A DNA stretch of 32,000 bases, taken from Candidatus Saccharimonadota bacterium. GTDB lineage: Bacteria > Bacteroidota > Bacteroidia > Flavobacteriales > Blattabacteriaceae. Made by a program: the position numbers and the translations under genes. Where the stretch lies: NCBI RefSeq assembly GCF_014252315.1, contig NZ_CP059216.1, forward strand, positions 358,038-390,037, in the 5' to 3' direction. Below are positions 10,244 to 19,565 of this stretch, one piece after another; within the stretch, counting starts at the first letter, position 1; every line of letters begins with the position of its first letter. The notes under the pieces are model-generated. The model searched no databases. It worked only from the letters and a program-made list of their open reading frames with translations, and had not been told where the DNA came from.

Positions 10244-10280
10244 AAATTCTTAATTTTTTTGTTAAAAAAATTAAGAATTT
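10244..10280 (-). other. perfect 17-bp stem / 3-nt loop hairpin in the rplO-secY spacer (possible attenuator or RNA-processing element)
   Basis: AAATTCTTAATTTTTTT (10244-10260), GTT, then AAAAAAATTAAGAATTT (10264-10280) form an exact inverted repeat by direct reading. The hairpin lies 5 nt after the rplO stop and 18 nt before the secY ATG. Confidence 0.6.
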
Positions 10281-10285
10281 TCTTA

Positions 10286-10729
10286 TTATTTTAATATTGT
10301 TTTTCCACCTATTTCATTTATAATTTTTAAAGCTTTTTTGCTAAATCTATATGCATGTATTCTTATAGGAATTTTTAATTTCCCTCTTCCTAAAACTTTT
10401 ATAGGAATATTTTTATTAATTACTTTTTTTTTAAATAGTAATTCTTTACATATAAGATCATCTTTATTAAGATTATTTTTACTTATACATTTTTGTATTG
10501 TATCTAAATTTATTCCAATAATTTTTTTACTTCTTTTTCTAAATCCAAATTTAGGAATCCTTTTATGTAAAGGCATTTGTCCTCCTTCAAATCCTATTTT
10601 TCTAGAATATCCAGATCTAGATTTAGCACCTTTATGTCCTCTTCCACATGTTCCTCCTTTTCCACTTCCTTGTCCTCTTCCTAAACGTATTTTATTTTTT
10701 TTTTTTCTTAATTTATTCATAATTATCAT
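10286..10729 (-). CDS. rplO: 50S ribosomal protein L15 (uL15)
   Basis: Gly-rich [20 protein letters not shown] motif. Its start shares 1 nt with the rpsE stop (TAATG). Confidence 0.9.
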   Translation of the reverse strand: MIIMNKLRKKKNKIRLGRGQGSGKGGTCGRGHKGAKSRSGYSRKIGFEGGQMPLHKRIPKFGFRKRSKKIIGINLDTIQKCISKNNLNKDDLICKELLFKKKVINKNIPIKVLGRGKLKIPIRIHAYRFSKKALKIINEIGGKTILK

Positions 10730-11271
10730 TATCCATTATAAACTTTTTTTATATCAATTCCTCTTTGTTTTGATATAATATTAACATCTCTTACTTTACT
10801 AAGTGCTTTTATTGCTGCTTTTATTATATTATGATGGTTAGAAGAACCTTTAGATTTAGATAAAACATTTTTTAATCCTGAAGCTTTAAGAACAGCTCTT
10901 AAAGAACCTCCAGCAATAATTCCTGTTCCATTAGATGCTGGTTTTATTAATACATATGCTCCTCTATATTTTGCCTCTTGTTTATGAGGAACTGTTCCAT
11001 TACATATACAAACTTTATGTAAATTTCTTTTAGCTTGATCTCCAGCTTTTCTTATTGCATCAGGTGCTTCTTTAGATTTTCCAAATCCATATCCTACCAT
11101 TCCATTTTCATCTCCTTTAACAACAATTGCACTGAAACTAAAATATCTTCTTCCTTTAGTTACTTTACAAACTCTTGTAACTCCTATTAATTTTTCTTTT
11201 AATTCTAGTCCTAAATATTTTGTTTTTTTTTCTTTATTAGAAAAAATATATTGCATTATCATTTTTTTCAT
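10729..11271 (-). CDS. rpsE: 30S ribosomal protein S5 (uS5)
   Basis: [38 protein letters not shown] is typical of S5. Confidence 0.92.
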   Translation of the reverse strand: MKKMIMQYIFSNKEKKTKYLGLELKEKLIGVTRVCKVTKGRRYFSFSAIVVKGDENGMVGYGFGKSKEAPDAIRKAGDQAKRNLHKVCICNGTVPHKQEAKYRGAYVLIKPASNGTGIIAGGSLRAVLKASGLKNVLSKSKGSSNHHNIIKAAIKALSKVRDVNIISKQRGIDIKKVYNG

Positions 11272-11275
11272 AACA

Positions 11276-11587
11276 TTAAAATTTTATTCCAACACTTCTA
11301 ATTCCATCAGCCAATGATTTAATTCTTCCATGATATAAATAATTTTTCTTATCAAGAACTAATTTTTTTATTTTCAATTTTTTTAATTTTAATCCTAATA
11401 TTAATCCAACTTTATAAGACTGTTTAATTTTAGTCATTTTTTTATCTATATCTTCTATTTTTTTTGATGAAAATGATGTTACTGTATTACCTAATACATC
11501 GTCAATTACTTGTACATAAATTTGTTTATTACTTCTAAAAATTGATATTCTAGGTTTTTCAAAATTTCCTAATATTTTTTTTTTCAT
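11276..11587 (-). CDS. rplR: 50S ribosomal protein L18 (uL18)
   Basis: The C-terminus YHGRIKSLADGIRSVGIKF is typical of L18. Position between rplF and rpsE fits. At 103 aa it is shorter than usual. Confidence 0.88.
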   Translation of the reverse strand: MKKKILGNFEKPRISIFRSNKQIYVQVIDDVLGNTVTSFSSKKIEDIDKKMTKIKQSYKVGLILGLKLKKLKIKKLVLDKKNYLYHGRIKSLADGIRSVGIKF

Positions 11588-11590
11588 TAA

Positions 11591-12154
11591 CTATGCAGAT
11601 TTTCCAGTTTTTCTTTTAATTATTTCTGTTGTATATTTAACTCCTTTTCCTTTATAAGGTTCAGGTTTTCTAAATGATCTAATTTTAGATGAAAAAATTC
11701 CCAATAAATGTTTATCACAAGATTTAATAATAATAAAATAATTTTTTCCTTTTTCTGATTTTATTTCTATATTAATTTCATTAGGAACTTGAATCATAAT
11801 ATTATGAGAAAATCCTAAATTCATATTTAGAACTCTAATATTACTTATATAATCAACTTTATATCCTACACCGACTAATTCTAATTCTTTTTTAAATCCT
11901 AATGAAACACCAATAATCATATTATTTATTAAAACTCGATATAATCCATGTAAAGATTTATATTTTTTGTTATTTTTATTGTTATTATTAATATATAATA
12001 AATTTTTTACTATTTTAAATTCAATTACTTTATTACATTTATATATATTTTGAAATAAAATTCCAAATTTACCTATTACTGTAATAATATTATTTACTAT
12101 ATTTAAATTTACATTTTTGGGAATTAAAATAGGTTTATTTCCAATTCTTGACAT
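11591..12154 (-). CDS. rplF: 50S ribosomal protein L6 (uL6)
   Basis: MSRIGNKPILIP start and C-terminal PEPYKGKGVKY motif. An Asn-rich insertion (NNNNKNNKK) is present. Confidence 0.92.
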   Translation of the reverse strand: MSRIGNKPILIPKNVNLNIVNNIITVIGKFGILFQNIYKCNKVIEFKIVKNLLYINNNNKNNKKYKSLHGLYRVLINNMIIGVSLGFKKELELVGVGYKVDYISNIRVLNMNLGFSHNIMIQVPNEINIEIKSEKGKNYFIIIKSCDKHLLGIFSSKIRSFRKPEPYKGKGVKYTTEIIKRKTGKSA

Positions 12155-12163
12155 ATAATTATT

Positions 12164-12553
12164 TTAATAAACATAACATAAGACTTCTCCTCCTATTTTT
12201 TTTATTTTAGCTTGTTTATCTGTAATTACTCCTTTAGAAGTAGATATTATAGCAATTCCAAGACCATTTAAAACACGAGGTATATTTCTATATTTACAAT
12301 ATTTTCTTAATCCAGGTTTACTCATTCTAATTATTTTATGAATAACAGACTTACTATCATAATATTTTAAAGCTATTTTAAGAATTTTTTTATTATTATC
12401 TTGATTATAAACTTTATATCCTAATATATATCCATTTTTCAATAAAACTTTGGAAATATTTTCTCTTATTTTTGATGATTCTATTGTTAATATTTTATGT
12501 TTTGATAAATAAGAATTTCTAATTCTAGTTAAAAAATTAGCTATTGGATCCAT
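12164..12553 (-). CDS. rpsH: 30S ribosomal protein S8 (uS8)
   Basis: [14 protein letters not shown] start and GGEVLCYVY end. Confidence 0.95.
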   Translation of the reverse strand: MDPIANFLTRIRNSYLSKHKILTIESSKIRENISKVLLKNGYILGYKVYNQDNNKKILKIALKYYDSKSVIHKIIRMSKPGLRKYCKYRNIPRVLNGLGIAIISTSKGVITDKQAKIKKIGGEVLCYVY

Positions 12554-12579
12554 AAAAATAAAATTTTTTTAAATTATTA

Positions 12580-12849
12580 TTACCAACTAGCTTTTTTTAC
12601 TCCGGGAATAAGTCCTTGAGATACTAAATCTCTAAAAACTATTCTAGATATTCCGAATTTACGCATATAACCTCTACATCTACCAGTTATAGAACATCTA
12701 TTTTTCAAACGAACAGGAGATGCATTTCTAGGTAATTTTTGTAATAAATCATATTTTTTTAATTCTTTTAACATTTTTCTTTTTTTCTTATATTTCAGTA
12801 CTATTTTTTCTCTTTTTTTTTGTCTTGCTTTTACTGATTCTTTAGCCAT
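12580..12849 (-). CDS. rpsN: 30S ribosomal protein S14 (uS14), long non-zinc form
   Basis: [29 protein letters not shown]...KKASW signature. Confidence 0.93.
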   Translation of the reverse strand: MAKESVKARQKKREKIVLKYKKKRKMLKELKKYDLLQKLPRNASPVRLKNRCSITGRCRGYMRKFGISRIVFRDLVSQGLIPGVKKASW

Positions 12850-12861
12850 ATGTAATATTTT

Positions 12862-13419
12862 TTATTTTTTTATAAAAGGCATTCCAAACAAAGATAAAAG
12901 ATTCTTTGCTTCTAAATCTTTTTTTGTTGAAGTAACAAATGAAATATTCATTCCTAAATTTTTTTTTATTTTATCAATATTAATTTCTGGATAAATTATT
13001 TGTTCTTTTATTCCTATATTATAATTTCCAAATCCATCAAATTTATCTTTTAGTCCATTGAAATCTCTAACTCTTGGTAAAGAAATTTTTATGAATCTTT
13101 CTAAAAATTCATACATAATTTTTCTTCTTAAAGTAACTTTAACTCCTATAGACATTCCTTTTCTAAGTTTAAATCCAGATTCATCATGTTTAGAAAAACA
13201 AGGAATAGCTTTCTGTCCAGTTATAATTGTTATTTCTTTAATAGAGTTGTTAATAATTTTTTTATCGGACAATATTGTACTTCCTATTCCTTGATGTACT
13301 ACAATTTTTATTAATTTAGGAATCTGCATAATTGATTTATATTTAAATTTATCCATTAAAATAGGAACTATATTTTTTTTATATAAAATACTTAATTTAG
13401 GTTCATAACAAATTTTCAT
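12862..13419 (-). CDS. rplE: 50S ribosomal protein L5 (uL5)
   Basis: MQIPKLIKIVVHQGIG and FDGFGNYNIGIKEQIIYPEI motifs. Confidence 0.93.
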   Translation of the reverse strand: MKICYEPKLSILYKKNIVPILMDKFKYKSIMQIPKLIKIVVHQGIGSTILSDKKIINNSIKEITIITGQKAIPCFSKHDESGFKLRKGMSIGVKVTLRRKIMYEFLERFIKISLPRVRDFNGLKDKFDGFGNYNIGIKEQIIYPEINIDKIKKNLGMNISFVTSTKKDLEAKNLLSLFGMPFIKK

Positions 13420-13441
13420 TATTAATTATTATATTTTATTA

Positions 13442-13855
13442 TTATATTTTTACTTTTCCTTTATCTTTTATTCCTATCTTTATTCCTTCTTCTTTTCCTT
13501 TATCTTTTATTCCTATCTTTATTCCTTCTTCTTTTCCTTTATCTTTTATTCCTATCTTTATTCCTTCTTCTTTTCCTTTATCTTTTATTCCTACCCCTAT
13601 ATTTTTATTGCTGTAAATACATGATTTTTTTTCTTCTAATTTCATTACATTAGATATATGTATATAAGCTTCTTTTTTTATTATTCCTCCTTTTGGATTT
13701 TTTACTCCAGGCTTAATATGTTTTTTAACAACATTTACATTTTTTACTATAATTTTATCATTTTTTAATGAAATTTTTGTTATAATACTTTTAGTCCCTT
13801 TGTAATTTCCAGATAATATTAATACTTTATCTCCTTTTTTTAATATTTTTTTCAT
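13442..13855 (-). CDS. rplX: 50S ribosomal protein L24 (uL24) with a repeat-encoded C-terminal extension
   Basis: KOW-type N-terminus ([18 protein letters not shown]). Residues from about 100 to 137 are [13 protein letters not shown] in 3.5 copies. The start overlaps the rplN TGA stop (ATGA). Confidence 0.9.
   Translation of the reverse strand: MKKILKKGDKVLILSGNYKGTKSIITKISLKNDKIIVKNVNVVKKHIKPGVKNPKGGIIKKEAYIHISNVMKLEEKKSCIYSNKNIGVGIKDKGKEEGIKIGIKDKGKEEGIKIGIKDKGKEEGIKIGIKDKGKVKI
13458..13593. repeat. perfect 39-bp tandem repeat, 3 full copies plus a 19-nt partial copy, inside the rplX 3' end
   Basis: The unit cctttatcttttattcctatctttattccttcttctttt occurs at 13458-13496, 13497-13535 and 13536-13574, all identical by direct reading. 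A partial copy runs to about 13593. The period is 13 codons, so the repeat is in frame. Confidence 0.95.
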
Positions 13856-14223
13856 AGTACTTCTTGTGCTAAAGATATAATTTTCATATATTCTTTTTCT
13901 CTAAGCTCTCTTGCAACTGGACCAAATACTCTAGTTCCAATCATTTCTCCTGTAGCATTAATCAATACACATGCATTATCATCAAATTTTATATAAGATC
14001 CATCTTTTCTCCTAATTCTTTTTTTTGTTCTTATAATTATAGCCTTAGATACTTGTCCTTTTTTAATAGAACTACTTCCAGGTGATGATGTTTTAATAGT
14101 AACAATTACAGAATCACCTAATGAAGCATATCTTTTTCCTGTCCCTCCTAATACTCTTATAACCAAAGCTTCTTTTGCTCCAGTATTATCAGCAACTTTA
14201 CATATTGATTCTTGTTGCAACAT
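13852..14223 (-). CDS. rplN: 50S ribosomal protein L14 (uL14)
   Basis: [18 protein letters not shown] start, 123 aa, TGA stop. Confidence 0.95.
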   Translation of the reverse strand: MLQQESICKVADNTGAKEALVIRVLGGTGKRYASLGDSVIVTIKTSSPGSSSIKKGQVSKAIIIRTKKRIRRKDGSYIKFDDNACVLINATGEMIGTRVFGPVARELREKEYMKIISLAQEVL

Positions 14224-14254
14224 AACATAATATTTTTTTATTTATATTCATTAT

Positions 14255-14509
14255 TTATTTTATTATACTTAATAATCTCCATCGTTTTTTTTTGCTTATA
14301 GGTCTTGTTTCTACTATATTTACTTTATCTCCATTTTTAGAAATATTTTTTTCATCATGAACTAAATATTTTTTCTTTTTTAGAATACTTTTTCCGTAAT
14401 ATTTATGTTTTACTTTTTTAACTTCATAAACAACTATAGTTTTATTCATTTTATCACTTAATACAACTCCTTTTCTATGTTTTCTTATAATTTTTTTAAA
14501 AAAATTCAT
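14255..14509 (-). CDS. rpsQ: 30S ribosomal protein S17 (uS17)
   Basis: RKGVVLSDKMNKTIVV and VETRPISKKKRWRL motifs. Confidence 0.92.
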   Translation of the reverse strand: MNFFKKIIRKHRKGVVLSDKMNKTIVVYEVKKVKHKYYGKSILKKKKYLVHDEKNISKNGDKVNIVETRPISKKKRWRLLSIIK

Positions 14510-14528
14510 TTTATTTTATTTATTATTC

Positions 14529-14732
14529 TTATTCATTTATATAATTTTTTAATTTTTCATTAAGTTCAGTTTTCAATCTAGCAATATTTCTTCTTAAAAT
14601 TTTTATATCAGAAGATTTTTTTAATTTTTTTGTATAAATATTTAATTTTAAATTTTTATAACTTTCTATACTAGATTGAATTAATTTTTTCAAACTTTTT
14701 ATTGACAAAAAATTAATTTTTAATTTTTTCAT
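14529..14732 (-). CDS. rpmC: 50S ribosomal protein L29 (uL29)
   Basis: 67-aa helical Lys-rich ORF in the conserved slot between rplP and rpsQ. Sequence similarity is weak and the call rests mainly on position. It overlaps the rplP stop by 4 nt. Confidence 0.8.
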   Translation of the reverse strand: MKKLKINFLSIKSLKKLIQSSIESYKNLKLNIYTKKLKKSSDIKILRRNIARLKTELNEKLKNYINE

Positions 14733-15139
14733 ATTTTACATATAAATTTCATTTTAATAGGTAATTTTTGTGCAGCTAATCTTAAAGCTTCTTTTGCTAT
14801 TTCTTCAGAAACTTCATCTACTTCAAATAATATCCTTCCAGGTTTAACAACAGAAACCCAAAATTCTACAGGGCCCTTTCCTTTTCCCATTCTTACTTCT
14901 TGAGGTTTTTTTGTTGCTGGTTTATCTGGAAAAATATTTATCCATAATTTTCCTTCTCTTTTCATGTATCTAGTAGCAGCTACTCTAGCTGCTTCTAATT
15001 GTCTAGAAGAAATCCAAGCAGCTTCTAAAGCTTTTATTCCATAAATACCTCTTGATAAAAAAATTCCCTTTTTAGAATTTCCTTTAATACGTCCTTTTTG
15101 TTTTTTTTTATATTTTGTTTTTTTAGGTTGTTGCAACAT
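14729..15139 (-). CDS. rplP: 50S ribosomal protein L16 (uL16)
   Basis: [20 protein letters not shown] start and [13 protein letters not shown] motif. Confidence 0.95.
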   Translation of the reverse strand: MLQQPKKTKYKKKQKGRIKGNSKKGIFLSRGIYGIKALEAAWISSRQLEAARVAATRYMKREGKLWINIFPDKPATKKPQEVRMGKGKGPVEFWVSVVKPGRILFEVDEVSEEIAKEALRLAAQKLPIKMKFICKI

Positions 15140-15155
15140 AAAAATTATTTTTTTA

Positions 15156-15860
15156 TTATTTTCTTCTTCTATTCCTATAAGAATAACCCTTTTGTTTTTT
15201 CTTATGATAATAAGATCCTAATAATGGATATAATTCTCTTTTACCATATACTTCTCCTTTCATAATCCAAACTTTAACGCCTATACTTCCGTATATAGTG
15301 TGAGCAACTTCCATATGATAATCGACATCAGCACGAAATGTTCCTAAAGATATTTTACCTTCTTTATATGTTTCACATCTAGCCATTTCTGATCCATTTA
15401 ATCTTCCAGAAATTTGAATTTTTATTCCTTGAGCATTCATTCTCATAGCAGAAATAACAAATATTTTAATTAATTTTTTATAAGAAACTCTATTTTCTAA
15501 TTGTTTTACTATACTTTTAGCTACTAAAGAAGAATCTAATTCTGGACGTTTAACTTCAGATATATTAATTTGAATTTCTTTTTTAGTAATTTTTTTTAAT
15601 TCTTTTCTTACTGTATCAACTTCATCACCTCCTTTTCCTATAATTAAAGCTGGCCTTGATGTTCTAACAGTTATAGTTATAAATTTTAAAGTTCTTTCTA
15701 TAAAAATACGAGATATTATTCCTTTTGGAAATCTAGCTTCAATATATCTTCTTACTTTATAATCTTCTTCTATCCTATCCTTATAATTATTACACCAACT
15801 TGATTGCCATCCTGTTATGATTCCAAGACGATTAACTATAGGATTTGTTTTTTGTCCCAT
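15156..15860 (-). CDS. rpsC: 30S ribosomal protein S3 (uS3)
   Basis: [22 protein letters not shown] start and KH domain. Confidence 0.95.
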   Translation of the reverse strand: MGQKTNPIVNRLGIITGWQSSWCNNYKDRIEEDYKVRRYIEARFPKGIISRIFIERTLKFITITVRTSRPALIIGKGGDEVDTVRKELKKITKKEIQINISEVKRPELDSSLVAKSIVKQLENRVSYKKLIKIFVISAMRMNAQGIKIQISGRLNGSEMARCETYKEGKISLGTFRADVDYHMEVAHTIYGSIGVKVWIMKGEVYGKRELYPLLGSYYHKKKQKGYSYRNRRRK

Positions 15861-16263
15861 AATTTATTTTTTCTTTTTTTACTATAAAAATTTTAATATT
15901 ACTTGATCTTTTTCTTATTTTATGTCCTCTTCCTTGAGGAACTGGTTTCATTCTTTTTAATGTTTTTCCTTGATTTATTATTACATTTTTTAAAAATAAA
16001 GAATCATCTACAGATAATGGAGAATAATAATACGAATTTTTATTTTCATATTTTTTATTCCAATTAGCTAATAAAGAAATTAATAATTTTTTTATATCTA
16101 TTGATCCTTTTTTTCTACTATTTGATAGTATGAATAAAGCTTCTTTAACTTTTCTATAACGAATTAAATTTGCAATTAATTGCATTTTTCTAGGAGAATT
16201 TTTTAATCCATTTAAAGATGCTACTGCTATTTTTTCTTTTTTTTCATTATTTTTTTTCATCAA
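15832..16263 (-). CDS. rplV: 50S ribosomal protein L22 (uL22)
   Basis: [13 protein letters not shown] and [21 protein letters not shown] motifs. The 3' end runs 29 nt into rpsC. Confidence 0.9.
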   Translation of the reverse strand: MMKKNNEKKEKIAVASLNGLKNSPRKMQLIANLIRYRKVKEALFILSNSRKKGSIDIKKLLISLLANWNKKYENKNSYYYSPLSVDDSLFLKNVIINQGKTLKRMKPVPQGRGHKIRKRSSNIKIFIVKKEKINYGTKNKSYS

Positions 16264-16274
16264 TGTACATATAA

Positions 16275-16559
16275 TTATTTAACAGATTTAAATTTACTTT
16301 TTGATCCTGAATGACCTCTAAATATTCTAGTAGGAGCAAACTCTCCTAATTTATGTCCTATCATATTTTCTGTAACATACACATTAATAAATTGTTTACC
16401 ATTGTGAATTGCAAAAGTTTGTCCAACAAAATCTGGAATAATAGTTGTTGGTCTAGACCAAGTTCTAATTATAATTTTTTTGTTCAATTTTATATTTTTC
16501 ATAACTTTTTTATATAGTTTATGAGAAACATAAGGTCCTTTTTTTAAAGATCTAGGCAT
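16275..16559 (-). CDS. rpsS: 30S ribosomal protein S19 (uS19)
   Basis: [15 protein letters not shown] start and [16 protein letters not shown] motif. Confidence 0.95.
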   Translation of the reverse strand: MPRSLKKGPYVSHKLYKKVMKNIKLNKKIIIRTWSRPTTIIPDFVGQTFAIHNGKQFINVYVTENMIGHKLGEFAPTRIFRGHSGSKSKFKSVK

Positions 16560-16565
16560 AATACG

Positions 16566-17393
16566 TTATTTTTTTCTTCTTTGTATAATATATTTATTAG
16601 AATATTTTCTTTTTTTTCTAGTTCTAAATCCTTTAGATGGACTTCCTTTTCTATTTCTTGGAATACCTCCAGAAGCTTTTCCTTCTCCTCCACCCATTGG
16701 ATGATCAACAGGATTCATCGCTACACCTCTAGTTCTAGGTCTTCTACCCAAATTTCGCATTTTTCCTGCTTTTCCATAAGTTTCTAATTGATGATCAGAA
16801 TTAGATATAGAACCGATAGTAGCCATACAGTCAGATCTTAATAATCTAATTTCACCAGAAGGCAATTTTATAGTAACATATTTTCCTTCTTTTGCAAATA
16901 ATTGAGCAAAAGAACCTGCACTTCTAGCTATTTTAGCTCCTTGACCTGGATTAATTTCTATGCAAGATATAATAGTTCCTAAGGGTATTTCTTTTAAAAA
17001 AGTAGCATTTCCTATTTTTATAGGTATATTTTTTCCAGAAACTATCTTTTCTCCAATTTTAAATCCATTCATTGCCAATATATATCTTTTTTCTCCATCA
17101 ACATAATATAATAAAGAAATAAAAGAAGATCTATTAGGATCATATTCAATAGATTTTATTACTGCGGTAATTCCAATTTTATTTCTTTTAAAATCAATTA
17201 TTCTATAATTTTTCTTATGTCCTCCTCCAATATGACGCATTGTTCTTTTTCCATAATTATTTCTTCCACCAGTTTTAGATTTTCCTTTTAATAATTTTTT
17301 TTCTAATTTAATATTATTTAATAATTGATTAAATTCATTTTTAACTCTAAATCTTTGACTAGGAGTAACTGGTTTTAATTTTTTTACTGACAT
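16566..17393 (-). CDS. rplB: 50S ribosomal protein L2 (uL2)
   Basis: [21 protein letters not shown] signature, 275 aa. Confidence 0.96.
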   Translation of the reverse strand: MSVKKLKPVTPSQRFRVKNEFNQLLNNIKLEKKLLKGKSKTGGRNNYGKRTMRHIGGGHKKNYRIIDFKRNKIGITAVIKSIEYDPNRSSFISLLYYVDGEKRYILAMNGFKIGEKIVSGKNIPIKIGNATFLKEIPLGTIISCIEINPGQGAKIARSAGSFAQLFAKEGKYVTIKLPSGEIRLLRSDCMATIGSISNSDHQLETYGKAGKMRNLGRRPRTRGVAMNPVDHPMGGGEGKASGGIPRNRKGSPSKGFRTRKKRKYSNKYIIQRRKK

Positions 17394-17977
17394 TAATATT
17401 TTTTTTTGTTTAAATCAATTTTATCTTCTTTTTTTATTTCTTTTTTTACTTCTTTATTTAAATCATTTTCTTTTCTTACTTTTTTGTTTAAATCAATTTT
17501 ATCTTCTTTTTTTATTTCTTTTTTTATTTCTTTTTTTACTTCTTTATTTAAATCATTTTCTTTTCTTACTTTTTTGTTTAAATCAATTTTATCTTCTTTT
17601 TTTACTTCTTTTTTTATTTCTTTTTTTACTTCTTTATTTAAATCATTTTCTTTTTTTACTTTTTTATTTAAAAAAATTTCTTTTTTTATTTCTTTATTTA
17701 AATCAATATCAATATTTTGATTTTTACCAAATTCAACAATAACTTTTTTGAATGATCTAGATCTTCCACATAAAACTCCTTTTTTAGTAAACTTAGATTT
17801 ATTTTTTCCAGAATAAATAATTGTTCTAACTTTTTTTGGATAAAATCCAAATATTCTATTTAATTCTTTTTTAATCTGATTTTTATTACATTTTATTTCC
17901 CTAATTGTAAAAGTATAACATTTACTTTTTTCACCTTTTAAAGATTTTTCTGTAATAAGAGGTTTAATTAAAATCAT
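17393..17977 (-). CDS. rplW: 50S ribosomal protein L23 (uL23) with a repeat-encoded extension of about 100 aa
   Basis: The first ~90 aa are L23-like ([10 protein letters not shown]...KKVIVEF). The C-terminal half is tandem [13 protein letters not shown](V/I)[16 protein letters not shown] units. The stop shares 1 nt with the rplB start. Confidence 0.9.
   Translation of the reverse strand: MILIKPLITEKSLKGEKSKCYTFTIREIKCNKNQIKKELNRIFGFYPKKVRTIIYSGKNKSKFTKKGVLCGRSRSFKKVIVEFGKNQNIDIDLNKEIKKEIFLNKKVKKENDLNKEVKKEIKKEVKKEDKIDLNKKVRKENDLNKEVKKEIKKEIKKEDKIDLNKKVRKENDLNKEVKKEIKKEDKIDLNKKKY
17403..17660. repeat. 90-bp (30-codon) tandem repeat in about 3 copies, with a nested 12-bp sub-repeat, inside the rplW 3' half
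   Basis: Copies 17481-17570 and 17571-17660 differ at 2 of 90 positions by direct comparison. Copy 17403-17480 is the same unit minus one 12-nt sub-repeat. Degenerate copies continue to about 17710. Confidence 0.9.
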
Positions 17978-17987
17978 TTATAAATAA

Positions 17988-18620
17988 TTATTTTATACAT
18001 AAATAATTTTGAAATTTATTTATGGATATATTAGTTAATATTATATATGAATAATTTAATAACATAAAACAATCCAATTCATTTATACATATAATTCTAT
18101 GTAATTTCAAATTTCTAAAAGATAAATATAAATTTTTATCAAATTTTTCAATTACCAATAATGATTTTTTATTTGATAAATTTAATGATTTTAATATTTT
18201 TAATACTATTTTAGTTTTTGGTTTTTCTATTTGAAATTTTTCTATAATTATAATTTTATTTTTTGATAATTTTTTTTCAATAAGAAACTTTTTTACTATT
18301 TTTCTAGTATTTTTATTTACTTTTATTGAATATTTTTTTGGCTTAGGACCAAAAACCCTTCCTCCACCTCTAAAAATAGGATTTTTTATATCTCCTTTTC
18401 TAGCATTTCCTGTTCCTTTTTGTCTATATAATTTTCTAGTACTACCTGTAATATCACTTCTTTCTTTAGTTTTACTATTTCCATGTCTTTGAGCAAATAA
18501 ATATCTTTTCAATTCTAAATGAACTAAATGATAATAAGATTTTTTAAAAAATAAATTATCATCAAATATAATCCTTTTATCTGTATCATTTCCATCAATA
18601 TCCAAAATTTTTAATTCCAT
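17988..18620 (-). CDS. rplD: 50S ribosomal protein L4 (uL4)
   Basis: QKGTGNARKGDIKNPIFRGGGRVFGPKP motif. Confidence 0.93.
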   Translation of the reverse strand: MELKILDIDGNDTDKRIIFDDNLFFKKSYYHLVHLELKRYLFAQRHGNSKTKERSDITGSTRKLYRQKGTGNARKGDIKNPIFRGGGRVFGPKPKKYSIKVNKNTRKIVKKFLIEKKLSKNKIIIIEKFQIEKPKTKIVLKILKSLNLSNKKSLLVIEKFDKNLYLSFRNLKLHRIICINELDCFMLLNYSYIILTNISINKFQNYLCIK

Positions 18621-18623
18621 ACT

Positions 18624-19250
18624 TTATTTTTTATTAATTATTAAATAGGAATTTTTATTTCCAGGAACTGATCCTTTTAATATCAATAAATTTTTATTAT
18701 AATCTATTTTCAATATTATTAAATTTTTAATTGTAACATTACCTCCACCCAATCTTCCAGCCATTTTTTTACCTTTAAAAACTCTAGATGGATCTGATCC
18801 AGCTCCTATAGATCCAGGAGATCTTAATCTGTTATGTTGACCATGACTTCTTTCCCCAACACCGGAAAAATTATGTCTTTTTACAACACCTTGAAACCCT
18901 TTACCCTTAGAAATACCTTTAACATTAACTATATCTCCTTCTTTTATTCTAAAAGATTTTATATCAATCATTTGTCCTATTTTATAATTAATATGAAAAT
19001 CATTTTTAACTTCTAAAAGTTTTTTTTTAGGATTCAATTTTAATTTTTTAAAAAAACCTAATAAAGGTTTATTTACATTTTTTTCATTTTTATCTTCAAT
19101 TCCTAATTGAATAGATGAATATCCATCATTTTTTATTGTTTTTATTTGAGTTATATAACAAACATTTATATAAATTACAGTACAAGCAATATTCTCATTA
19201 TTTTTATAAATATTTGTCATTCCTACATTTTTACCTATAATACTAATCAT
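18624..19250 (-). CDS. rplC: 50S ribosomal protein L3 (uL3)
   Basis: [19 protein letters not shown] and [21 protein letters not shown] motifs. Confidence 0.95.
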   Translation of the reverse strand: MISIIGKNVGMTNIYKNNENIACTVIYINVCYITQIKTIKNDGYSSIQLGIEDKNEKNVNKPLLGFFKKLKLNPKKKLLEVKNDFHINYKIGQMIDIKSFRIKEGDIVNVKGISKGKGFQGVVKRHNFSGVGERSHGQHNRLRSPGSIGAGSDPSRVFKGKKMAGRLGGGNVTIKNLIILKIDYNKNLLILKGSVPGNKNSYLIINKK

Positions 19251-19257
19251 AATTAAT

Positions 19258-19563
19258 TTATACTTTTATTTCAGCTTCTACTCCACTAGGAAGTTCTAAT
19301 TTCATTAATGCATCTACTGTTTTAGATGATGCATTATGAATTTGCAGTAATCTCTTATGAGTAGGCAAAAAAAATTGTTCTCTAGATTTTTTATTTGCAT
19401 GTGGAGATCGTAATATTGTAAAAACCTTTTTTTCTGTAGGTAAAGGAACTGGTCCATTCAATACTACTCCAGTAGGAATAACAGAATTAACAATTTTTTC
19501 AGCAGATTTATCTAATAAATTATAATCGTAAGATTTTAATTTTATTTTAATGTCATATCCCAT
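19258..19563 (-). CDS. rpsJ: 30S ribosomal protein S10 (uS10)
   Basis: [21 protein letters not shown]...[14 protein letters not shown]...RLL motifs. Confidence 0.95.
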   Translation of the reverse strand: MGYDIKIKLKSYDYNLLDKSAEKIVNSVIPTGVVLNGPVPLPTEKKVFTILRSPHANKKSREQFFLPTHKRLLQIHNASSKTVDALMKLELPSGVEAEIKV

Positions 19564-19565
19564 AA

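Noticed and set aside
10338-10778. 146-aa plus-strand ORF spanning all of rplO
   Set aside because: It is an antisense shadow ORF. Lys/Gly-rich L15 codons give a stop-free Phe/Pro/Leu-rich complement, while the minus-strand frame has unmistakable L15 motifs.
13058-13294. 78-aa plus-strand ORF inside rplE
   Set aside because: Antisense shadow of a conserved ribosomal-protein gene.
16581-16787. 68-aa plus-strand Ser/Phe-rich ORF inside rplB
   Set aside because: Antisense of the Arg/Lys/Gly-rich L2 C-terminus, and low-complexity.
17406-17720. 104-aa plus-strand ORF (F/S/L-rich, repetitive) and the overall repeat array, which could be mistaken for a gene or a CRISPR-like array
   Set aside because: It is the antisense of the rplW Lys/Glu repeat (AAA/GAA codons read as TTT/TTC). 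The repeats are contiguous with no unique spacers and are in frame with rplW.
18834-19016. 60-aa plus-strand ORF inside rplC
   Set aside because: Antisense shadow ORF with no independent support.
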